From: an uncultured Verrucomicrobiae bacterium
GTDB lineage: Bacteria; Verrucomicrobiota; Verrucomicrobiia; Chthoniobacterales; UBA10450
DNA length: 64,000 nucleotides
Direction: 5' to 3'
Assembly: GCA_963815455.1 (NCBI GenBank)
Contig: CAWFGO010000001.1
Span: 1,024,001 to 1,088,000, forward strand
Each line of letters begins with the position of its first letter. Position 1 is the stretch's first letter. The notes below the pieces were generated by a model. The model did not search any database and was not told the DNA's origin. It worked only from the letters and a program-made list of their open reading frames with translations. The position numbers and the translations under genes are program-made. Shown piece by piece: positions 53,501 to 61,547 of the stretch.

Positions 53501-54465
53501 GGCTCATCGTAAACGTGCTGCCGTGGACAAACGCGGAGTTTGAGCAGCTCAAAGGACGAATCTACCGGCAAGGCCAGCGCGCAGAAAAAGTAACGGTGGT
53601 GCTGCCGCTCACGTTTGCTGCCGTCAATGGCGAACGCTGGTCATGGTGCGAGTCCAAGATGCGGCGGCTGAAGTTCAAGAAGTCCATTGCCGACGCCGCC
53701 GTCGATGGCGTCGTGCCCGAGGGACATCTGCGTTCGCCCGCACAAGCATATCAGGATGTGATTGGCTGGCTGGGTCGCCTAACGAGCGGCGAAGTGGAAA
53801 TCGTGAGCCGCACGCCGATCGCGGCTGCGCTTTCACCCGACGCCGCCGAGAGCGAGCGACGCTCGTGTAGTTACGGCGACTTCTCGACGATGAACCGCAA
53901 CTGGAATCAAACCGGCAGCGCGAAGATAGCGGAGCGGCTTCGCGCAGACCCAGACGAGTGGGCGCACTACCACACGCTTTATCGCGAGGCGCGAAAGACG
54001 TGGGCAGTTGTGCCTTTCGAGGAAGTGATCCGCTGGGCAGAGAAGCGCAGCGGCTACGTAATTGGTGACTTTGGTTGCGGTGAAGCAAAGCTCGCGACGG
54101 CGCTCGGGGACCGGCACACAGTTCACAGCTTCGACTATGTCCCGGCAAATGAGGACGTGATCGCTTGCGACATCGCGCACATCCCGATGGAAGACGAATC
54201 GCTCGATGTCGCCGTGTTCTCTCTATCTCTGATGGGCGCCAACTTCACGGACTACCTTCGCGAAGCGTGGCGCTTACTAAAGCTCGATGGGCAGCTGCAC
54301 ATCTATGAAGCGACATCCCGTTTCACAGAGCGAAACGCGTTTGTCGACGGCTTGAAAAAAATGGGGTTTGCGGTGGCCGAGGTGCGCGACGTTTGGAAGT
54401 TCAGCTACATCCACGCATTGCGAACCGACCGCGCGCCCGCCACGGAGTATCAGTTGAAGTTCTAA
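50575..54465 (+). CDS. Six zinc-ribbon (DUF4379-like) repeats + SF2 helicase + Rrp8/NML-like (Methyltransf_8) SAM methyltransferase
   Basis: 6x [P..A.(Q/E)W....N...WW.C...H.W.....R....GC..C]; GTGAGKT, VDEIH, SATP, GVDGLQ, QLKGRIYRQGQ; YH..YR....W, DFGCGEA.LA, VHSFD, CDIAH.P..DES.DVAVFSLSLMG.NF, E..SRF. Confidence 0.88.
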   Translation: MAVVRDSRANLGGSLAKTHPQIAAQWHPTKNAPLTPDIIKENSYKLIWWICSKGHEFPCRVNKRTRQGHGCSFCAGQRTAVEDSIAVLFPKLAAEWHPTKNDLRPIDVRPGSNRMVWWLCSKGHDWEATVCRRARGSGCPKCSGRLLSRENSFGGRYPQLAAQWHPLKNGSATPFDYTSSSQENVWWQCNARPPHEWQSKIRSRAAHPSLGCRKCARAKQGKTHLGALDRSHPILCAEWDYEGNAPLVPSDFKANSHQIVAWKCSKYPEHIWSASIRNRAVLGNGCRFCAGQAACPQNSLEALRPDLAAQWHPMLNGSLTPSMVTVGSDKVVWWQCPVDSEHIWRAKIQPRVKRDIGCPDCRQKARPERSLAKVLPALANEWDTKKNKRGPETLTIGSQVSGWWRCSKDPSHVWRATVKNRAAYDRGCPRCRVGWTVPAIRAFVDGLKHHLKAFTPAELYVLFQQNGLLSGDRKSQTFIDALGTGRFPFGEIEKFCRGEKSLVDKFLADQATTLESLTSEKANAAEKQGELGLVDEAQADETALPAVQTVDVLRSLQSTVVISADQEAVEFLVASALAKIWKHAFRDEAAALEQARGFEGDAYADRVRTDFLAEHERAAKLPIPAGYAFTVDGKIALPNLMQRLTAARVLQRRRVGNWSGTGAGKTLSAVLASRASGAGLTLVCCPNSVVEGWRTAILASFPNSVVGTKSFVPDWSALAGDATGFGAAPRHRYLVLNYEMFQQEDSEAKVRRFAEAETADFIVVDEIHFTKQRTAENLSRRKRIIAALIALAAVKQPRLCVLGMSATPVINNLQEGRSLVEMVSGLEHPDIETRPTVANCMKLHQRLVSLGTRWVPKYDAELEQCEVPIDCCDAIEEIRALGRAGSPLALEQILTRVRLPIIRREVRRKTLLYTHYLQGIEGPLRDALTEDGWRVGFFTGDDKTGLDGFLHGDVDVLIGSSAIGTGVDGLQDVCERLIVNVLPWTNAEFEQLKGRIYRQGQRAEKVTVVLPLTFAAVNGERWSWCESKMRRLKFKKSIADAAVDGVVPEGHLRSPAQAYQDVIGWLGRLTSGEVEIVSRTPIAAALSPDAAESERRSCSYGDFSTMNRNWNQTGSAKIAERLRADPDEWAHYHTLYREARKTWAVVPFEEVIRWAEKRSGYVIGDFGCGEAKLATALGDRHTVHSFDYVPANEDVIACDIAHIPMEDESLDVAVFSLSLMGANFTDYLREAWRLLKLDGQLHIYEATSRFTERNAFVDGLKKMGFAVAEVRDVWKFSYIHALRTDRAPATEYQLKF

Positions 54466-54469
54466 CTGC

Positions 54470-56308
54470 ACCGGCACGCCGATCGAGAAGACCGACGCCA
54501 ATACGCGCGCGGTCTTCGGCGATTTGCCTTCCCAGGCTCTACGGAAGTGCCGCCCTTTGTTAGAATGCGCTATCGCGCGGTAGTCATCAGCATCTACGAC
54601 ATCCAGCGCGCCGTGGTCCCGCAGTCGCGGGATGCCGATCTATTACGAGAGCCGCGTGGCCAAGCTGGGGTTGAACCAAAGCGAGCTGCCGAAGATCGAC
54701 GAGGAATTCGAAGCGATCACCGAGGGCGAAGAGTTGACGCGCAAGGAGAAGCTCAAGACGAAGTGGGCCGCACTCGAAGCGCTGGTCGGAAATCCGAGGC
54801 GGATCGATCTTGTCGCCGCCGATCTCGTGCAGCACTACGAGCGCCGGCTCGAAGCGATGGAAGGCAAGGCGATGATTGTGTGCATGAGTCGCCGCATCTG
54901 CGTGGAGATGTATAACGCGATCATCAAGCTGCGGCCGGAATGGGCGAGCGGACCTAACGATGATGACACCGGAAAGTCATGCGTCGCGAAGATCGTCATG
55001 ACGGGCAGCGCGGAGGATGGGCCGGATTGGCAGCAGCACATCCGTAATAAAGATAAGCGGCGCGCACTCGCGGGACGGTTCAAGGATCCAAAGGACCCGT
55101 TCAAGATAGTGATCGTCCGCGACATGTGGCTAACCGGATTCGACGCTCCGGTCCTCAGCACAATGTACGTCGATAAGCCGATGCGCGGGCATGGGCTCAT
55201 GCAAGCGATCGCGCGCGTCAACCGCGTCTTCCGCGACAAGCCGGGTGGCTTGGTCGTCGATTATCTCGGCCTCGCCGATCAACTGAAGCAAGCCCTTGCC
55301 ACGTACACCGACAGTGGAGGCAGAGGAACTCCGAGCCTGGACACTGCCGCGGCTATCGCGGTGATGCTCGAGAAACACGAGATCGCCTGCGGAATGATGC
55401 ATCCGTTCGACTGGTCGAAATGGCACGACGGAACGCCCGCGCAGAAGATGGCGCTTCTTCCGCCTGCCCAGGAGCACATCCTTCAACAAGAGAACGGCAA
55501 GGAACGGTTCATCCAAATCGTGACTGAGCTATCGCAAGCGTTCGCTCTATGCGCCGGGAGCGAAGAAGCGTTAGCGATCCGCGACGACATTGGATTCTTC
55601 CAAGCCGTCAAAGCAGCGTTAGCTAAACCGCGCGGCGAACGAAAATCCTCCGAGGTTCTCGATCACGCAGTCCGCCAACTTGTCGCGAAAGCGATTGTGC
55701 CCGAAGGCGAGATCATTGATGTCTTCAGCGCCGCAGGCTTAAAGCAGCCAGACATCAGCATCCTGAGCGATCAGTTCCTCGCCGAAGTTCGCGGACTCAA
55801 ATACAAAAACGTCGCTGCAGAGCTGTTAGCGAAGCTGTTAGGCGACGAAATCAAAGTGCGTTCGAAGCGGAACCTTGTCCAAAGCCGCGAGTTTTCCGAG
55901 ATGCTGAAGAAGACTCTCAACGCCTATCACAACCGAGCAATCGCAACGCAGGAAGTCATTGAAGAGCTAATCAAGCTCGCCAAGCAACTAAGCGAAGCAG
56001 ACAAGCGCGGAGTCGACTTGGGATTGAACGATGACGAAGTCGCTTTCTATGATGCGCTAGCGGCAAATAATAGTGCTGTCGAGGTCATGGGAAAGGATTC
56101 GCTAAAGATCATTGCCACGGAACTCGTTACGCAGGTTCGCAAAAGCGTCACGATCGATTGGACTCTTCGCGAAAGCGCTCGCGCGAAGATCAAAGTCCTC
56201 GTGAAGCGCATCCTAAGAAAGCACGGCTATCCGCCCGACTTCCAAGACGAGGCGGTCAAGACCGTCCTAGCCCAAGCCGAGCTTCTCTGCGCCGAATGGG
56301 CGGCGTAA
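54470..56308 (+). pseudogene. hsdR: Type I R-M restriction subunit, C-terminal remnant (DUF3387-type tail)
   Basis: TGTPIEKTDANTRAVFGD (54470-54523), [49 protein letters not shown]; nuclease domain and Walker motifs absent. Confidence 0.9.
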
Positions 56309-56334
56309 AAAATTGCTAAGCGACTACGAACAAT

Positions 56335-57356
56335 ATGAACCCGATAGGCAAATTGGAATCCGTTGAACTAAGGGTTGCTTGGCAAAACGAAGCGACCGGT
56401 TTTACGCCTTGGCTCGCGATGGAAGAGAACATCGCTTTGCTGAGCGAAACACTCGACCTGCAGCTGGAACTGGAGAAGGCAGAAAAAGATGTTGGTCCAT
56501 ATAGCGCGGATATCGTCTGTCGGGATGTTCAGACGGATAGGATCGTTCTGATCGAAAATCAGCTAGAAAAAACCGACCACGGGCACCTCGGCCAACTCTT
56601 CACCTACGCCGCCGGCGTCGACGCGGTTATCCTTATATGGATTGCAAAGAAGTTTACAGAAGAACACCGCGCTGCCGTTGACTGGTTGAATAAAATTTCT
56701 GGACCGGACTTTCATTTCTTCGCTCTAGAAGTTCAGCTTTGGCGAATTGGGGATTCCCCACCTGCTCCGAAATTCAACATCGTATGCAAGCCCAACGACT
56801 GGAGTAAAACGCTGAAGACTCGATTGGACGACGAAGGCCAAACAGAGCATCAACTCTTGCGTCTCCGTTTCTGGACCGCCTTCAAGGAATGGGCAGAAGG
56901 ACATACGTCGCTACATTTGCACAGTCCTAGCGACTGCCACTGGTTAAATATGTCAGCGGGGCGCAGCGGGATGCATTTCGCCGCTATAATTTCCAAATGG
57001 AACACTTTTCAAAACAAGTATTCACCTGAGATTCGAGCCGAGTTGGTCTTAACGTCAGATAAAGCGAAGAAGCAATTTGCGTCGCTTCAAGCACGTAAGG
57101 ATGAGGTATCCCTAAACCCGGATCGAATCGGCCGTTTGAATATTACATTATTCCATCTGAGGTCATGGCCGAGAATGTTTCGAAGGCGCACAAACTTTGG
57201 CTATCGACTCCCGGAAAGAAAGGTCAAGCACACAAGGACAACACTGTGCGCACAGTTCATCTTCCCCCTCACAAGTCTTTCAGCGGTTGGGATATTTCCC
57301 CTTATCGCGATCGCTGGGATCTGATTGAGAAAGTGCTTAAGGCGGCTGCCACGTGA
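56335..57356 (+). CDS. DUF4268-domain / PD-(D/E)xK nuclease-like protein (frameshift near 57110-57160)
   Basis: W..EA..FTPWL, ADI, IENQL..TDH.HLGQL.TYAAG, FWT.F. Confidence 0.8.
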
Positions 57357-57495
57357 GGGCGGGAACTATGGCGTTTTGCCGCAGGTCGCAACATTTCTCC
57401 GCAAATTGCGAGATGAAGATTGGCATCACATCGGTGAATAATCGCTCGCGAATACGTTGACACAGGTAAGCGATCCCCAGTAATTTTGACGCTCG

Positions 57496-57900
57496 ATGGC
57501 TTCAGCGGATAAACCGATCGGAATCGCATTGATCATCTGCGATCGCGTCATCACCGATGTGGTCACGCATGAGAAAACCCTCGTTAGCACATTCAATCAG
57601 CTCCTGGCAAGTCGCTTCCCATGCGTCCACCCGCGCCTGACGATTTTTGTTGCAGTAACCAACGGCCGCGGAACCGCGGAAGCGGAGATCAGGTGCGTGA
57701 ATGAATCAGACCAAGATACTGCGATTTTTGGCATGAAAGGCGCGATACCTTTCTCCGATCCGAACCACGTCGTAGAGATGAGCTTTCAATTTAACAATCT
57801 CACATTCCCAAAGCCCGGCCCGCACAGCGTGGAGTTTCTCTGTGACGGGGAGCTGATCTTGCAGAGCCGGTTCCAAGTTGGTATCCTCAAGAAAGCCTGA
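57496..57900 (+). CDS. DUF6941-like beta-sandwich protein
   Basis: A.IICD.VI.D....K.LV..F....A..FP, L.FP.PG...VE. Confidence 0.65.
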   Translation: MASADKPIGIALIICDRVITDVVTHEKTLVSTFNQLLASRFPCVHPRLTIFVAVTNGRGTAEAEIRCVNESDQDTAIFGMKGAIPFSDPNHVVEMSFQFNNLTFPKPGPHSVEFLCDGELILQSRFQVGILKKA

Positions 57901-57907
57901 ACCCAAT

Positions 57908-58168
57908 ATGCCGACCGTTACACAAGAAACGCCTCACTTTTATCGGCTCAACGACGCGCCGCCGGCTGATCTGACGAAGGGCGAAGGGAGCAAGCTTCAT
58001 TCGACATATTTCGAATTTCGACTCACTCTTCCGGTGATCGTAGCGGTGGCAGCGACCGAATTGTCGGACTCTGAACTGCTGGTTGCTGCTGAAAAGGCGG
58101 GCACATTCGAGTTTCTTAACGCTGCGGAGGAAGATGGCTATAACGACCTGCTCAAAAAGAATGAATGA
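57908..58168 (+). CDS. Putative antitoxin
   Basis: Acidic C-terminus F.FL...EED.Y.DL; ATGA overlap with PemK. Confidence 0.55.
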   Translation: MPTVTQETPHFYRLNDAPPADLTKGEGSKLHSTYFEFRLTLPVIVAVAATELSDSELLVAAEKAGTFEFLNAAEEDGYNDLLKKNE

Positions 58169-58536
58169 ACAAATGGGACGTGGTCGTTCTCAGCTATCCC
58201 TTCACCGATCTTTCGGCGACTAAAGTCCGCCCGGCGGTCATTATCTCGCCGGATTCCTACAATCGAACCAGTCAAGATGCGGTGTTCATTTTGATCACAA
58301 CGAACACTTCGCGACGAAGTCCATTCGATTTCGTTGTGCAAAACTCTCACCCGGAGTTTATGGCAACGGGATTACGATTCGATTCCGCCGTGAGAATCGA
58401 CAAAATCTTTACCCTCAACAAGAAGCTTGTCGTTCGTACCATTGGTCGGTTCGGCTCGCAGTTAATTAAAGAGATAGAAAAACAGTTGCGACTGTTTCTC
58501 GAATTGCCGGGAGAGCAGCTGGCGCTTAAGATCTGA
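58165..58536 (+). CDS. PemK/MazF family toxin
   Basis: DVV...YPFTD....K.RPAVIIS...YN, ITT, TGL..DS....DKI.T. Confidence 0.92.
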   Translation: MNKWDVVVLSYPFTDLSATKVRPAVIISPDSYNRTSQDAVFILITTNTSRRSPFDFVVQNSHPEFMATGLRFDSAVRIDKIFTLNKKLVVRTIGRFGSQLIKEIEKQLRLFLELPGEQLALKI

Positions 58537-58551
58537 CAGAACTCGGCTGGG

Positions 58552-58652
58552 GGGGCAAAGCCAGGGTCGGGGGCAAAGCCAGGGTCAAATCTTCGAATCT
58601 TGACCGCGCTGGAATGGCAGCGCGAATCATCAAAGAGCCAAAGGGGTCAGTC
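58552..58652. repeat. GGGTC-motif junction repeats
   Basis: ggggcaaagccagggtc x2; gcgctggaatggcagcgcg; caaagagccaaaggggtcagtc (the last two recur at 59871-59937). Confidence 0.75.
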
Positions 58653-58833
58653 TGGGCTTGCCCTGATTTCTCGGACAGTTAGGTAAGGGTAATTTGGTTT
58701 AGTGTGAATTCAAAGTTGATAGGGCTTTGGTAGTCAAGACTGGAGAAAAGACAGAAGGGCTCATGTCTTTATTCTTGCACCTGGGGGGCCGGGGGCAGCG
58801 CTAACTATCGACGCGGAGCGCGCGCTGCGCGCG

Positions 58834-59790
58834 TTATCGGTTAACTGGGAGCTGGGGAGTTGGGGTTGGTTTTGCTTTCCGTTCAGCACCCGCGTCGCCC
58901 TGCTCCCGTTGCCTGGATTCCATCTGCCTGTCGTGGCGGTGTTGATGACGGCCTCGCCCAGCGTCTCCTTGTTCATCGGCTTCGGACATTTGGCCCTCCC
59001 TGGCATGGTGCAGTTTTCTTCCGTGATCGCCGCCAGCGGTTGCGGGGTCGCTCGGTTGTCCGTGACCTTTTCGTTTCGTTTTTGGATGTTGATTGATCTT
59101 CGCGTTCCCTGCATCGCCGGCGTTGATTGTGTTACCCGGCGCGGCCGTGGCCGTCGGGTTGTTGTCGTTGAATTGACTGTTCTGGATGATGATGTTCTTG
59201 CTCGGCGTGATCGTTCCCGTTCCGGTTCCCGTAGCGTGTGACGCGTCATTTATTTGGGATCCCTGAATGGGAACATTCTTGGTGGGCGTTATCGTTGCCG
59301 TTTCCGTACCTGCGTCTTGGGTGGCCTGATTCACCTGCGATCCCTGAATTTGGATATTAGTCGGTGCCGGGGTCGCCGATGCAGCGGGCGAGCCGCCCGC
59401 TTTGGCCGGGTTAGTATTGACGATTCCTTCGCCGACCTGCTGGTTTTGTGAAAACCTCACTTGGGGGCCCATGAGCGAGAGACCCGGATTAGCTGAAGCA
59501 GCTGGTGAAATCGACGTTGCCGGGCTCGGCGAAGTGGCAGCAGACGCCCCGGAGTTTTGAGGCGGAAGCGTGATAAGCGAAGACAAACCGGCTCCGGAAG
59601 TTTGGGGAGGAGGAGTATCTACAGGAGTCGAAACCGCGGACAAATTCGGCAGATTCGGTTGCGGAGGGCCGGACGGTGTACCGACAACCTGGACATTCTG
59701 GACATTGGTTTGCGCGACCGCTGATAGCGCCAACGCCAAGGCGCCACTCGTTGTCACGAAACAAATGAAATTGCCGATGGTTCTCTTCAT
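58834..59790 (-). CDS. Secreted low-complexity (P/T/S/Q/N-rich) protein
   Basis: Signal peptide ending SAVAQ; internal repeats NI.IQGSQ.N.A. Confidence 0.7.
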   Translation of the reverse strand: MKRTIGNFICFVTTSGALALALSAVAQTNVQNVQVVGTPSGPPQPNLPNLSAVSTPVDTPPPQTSGAGLSSLITLPPQNSGASAATSPSPATSISPAASANPGLSLMGPQVRFSQNQQVGEGIVNTNPAKAGGSPAASATPAPTNIQIQGSQVNQATQDAGTETATITPTKNVPIQGSQINDASHATGTGTGTITPSKNIIIQNSQFNDNNPTATAAPGNTINAGDAGNAKINQHPKTKRKGHGQPSDPATAGGDHGRKLHHAREGQMSEADEQGDAGRGRHQHRHDRQMESRQREQGDAGAERKAKPTPTPQLPVNR

Positions 59791-59870
59791 TTGTCGCCAT
59801 GTGTAAATGAATTGGTTCGCTAGGTCAATCCTGTTTGCGGGCCGTAGGCGGAGCGCGCGCGGGGCGCGCG

Positions 59871-60038
59871 CAAAGAGCCAAAGGGGTCAGTCCTCGGGTC
59901 AGGCATCAAATCTTGACAGCGCTGGAATGGCAGCGCGGATTATTGATTAATTGTTATCCGTTCCGTTGCTATACGTGACTCACGTATATCGTTTGGACGC
60001 AATAGAACAATAGGGTTCAGGCATCAAATCTTGACAGG
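59871..60038. repeat. GGGTC...TTGACA junction repeats
   Basis: tcaggcatcaaatcttgacag at about 59899 and 60016, identical to about 16856. Confidence 0.75.
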
Positions 60039-60160
60039 ATCGACAACTAAGAAGTCGAAAGCTGAGACACTGAAAAACTGATCGGCCGTTGCTGACTACG
60101 GCGGGGCCTGCCGCCGTAAAGGTCGCCGTAGCACCGCGGCTCGGGATGACAAGATCGGCC

Positions 60161-60712
60161 TCAGGCCGCGAGTTTGACGGCGTCCTTGTGACCGAGGATG
60201 CGCACGGTCTCTTTCAACTGCTCGACCTTGAGCGGTTTTTTCAACACCGTGATCGGACCTTTGGCCAGAATCCGGTCGAGCATCTCGCTGTCGGGATAAC
60301 CGGTGATGATGATGATCGGGCAATGCGGCTGCGATTTCTTGGCGCTGTCGTAAACGTCATCGGCCGGACCATCCGGCAATTTTAGATCGAGAAAGATGAG
60401 ATCGAACTTTTGCTTGTCGAGCGCGACCAGCGCTTCCTTGACCGTGCCAACCACGACCCGGCTGAATCCAATCTTCTTCAAAAAGAGCTTGAACAAGTTT
60501 TGCAAACTCTCGTCGTCGTCCACGACCAGGACGGTGGGCTGGCCCGATTTGTCCTCCTTAAGGATGTCCTTATCGAGCGAGCTCTTCTTAATCCGCCAAC
60601 GCCCGCCGATTTGAATGGCCGGCAATTGGCCGCGCTGAACGAGATAGTAAACGGTCGGCAACGGGATGCGAAGATACTTGGCCGTTTCCTTGACCGTGAG
60701 GAGGTTATGCAT
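60161..60712 (-). CDS. Response regulator with N-terminal excisionase-type HTH
   Basis: LLTVKETAKYLRI...TVY......LPA..IGG.WR; VVDDD, FLDLKLPD, ITGY, KP. Confidence 0.9.
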   Translation of the reverse strand: MHNLLTVKETAKYLRIPLPTVYYLVQRGQLPAIQIGGRWRIKKSSLDKDILKEDKSGQPTVLVVDDDESLQNLFKLFLKKIGFSRVVVGTVKEALVALDKQKFDLIFLDLKLPDGPADDVYDSAKKSQPHCPIIIITGYPDSEMLDRILAKGPITVLKKPLKVEQLKETVRILGHKDAVKLAA

Positions 60713-60926
60713 GTGTGAAAATCATCAATTTGGCAGAAACTGGGCAAGACATTTCGCTACCCCAAGCATTATAAATTTTAGAATCAATGTCAATCCTTTG
60801 TTAGAAGTTCCCGGGAAAAGGTGAATTTCGGTCGATCTCGCCCTGGGGGGCTCCCGGGGTAGCCAGCGAGGCAAGCCACTTCGTGACTGGACAATGCGGG
60901 GACGGCGGTGGACTATTCGGCCTCGA

Positions 60927-61547
60927 ATGAGCGCGCTGTTCTTTAAACGGTTTTTGAAAAGACCGTTCCAGGTTGCCTCGATCATGCCCAGTTCAAAGGC
61001 CCTGGTCGAGCGCGTCGCGGGCAAGATGGATTTCACCCAGCCGCGGGTAATCGCCGAGTACGGCCCCGGGGAAGGCGTTCATTCCCGCGAGATCGCCCGA
61101 CGGATGGGGCCGGGGTCGCATTTGCTCCTGTTCGAGCTCGATGCCGCGTTATCGCGCGACCTCGAACGACAATTCGCGGGCGACCCGCGTGTTCACGTGA
61201 TTCACGGAAACGCCGCGACCTTGCCGCAGGAACTGGAACGGCTCGGGTTCGGGCACTGCGATTACGTCCTTTCCGGCATTCCGTTCAGCATCCTCCAGAT
61301 CGACAAGAAACGCGCCCTGCTCCAAAAAACCCACGACGCGCTCGCGCCCGGCGGCAGTTTTATCATTTATCAGGTGACCAATGAGCTGAAGCAGCACGCC
61401 ACGCTTTTCGAGCACGCCGAGTCGGAATACTGCCTGCAAAACATTCCGCCCATGTTCGTCACCGTGTTTCAAAGAGCGGTGTCGCTGAATGGCCACGAGC
61501 CTTCCACGCCGCGCCCGACGCGCCTGCACGCGAATCAATCGGCCTAA
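60927..61547 (+). CDS. Class I SAM methyltransferase, phospholipid N-methyltransferase-like
   Basis: S..PSS..L, EYGPGEG, SGIPF, N.PP. Confidence 0.8.
   Translation: MSALFFKRFLKRPFQVASIMPSSKALVERVAGKMDFTQPRVIAEYGPGEGVHSREIARRMGPGSHLLLFELDAALSRDLERQFAGDPRVHVIHGNAATLPQELERLGFGHCDYVLSGIPFSILQIDKKRALLQKTHDALAPGGSFIIYQVTNELKQHATLFEHAESEYCLQNIPPMFVTVFQRAVSLNGHEPSTPRPTRLHANQSA

Noticed and set aside
60161..60712. Excisionase-like HTH as evidence of a prophage or ICE
   Set aside because: It is fused to a receiver domain; no integrase or phage genes in the window
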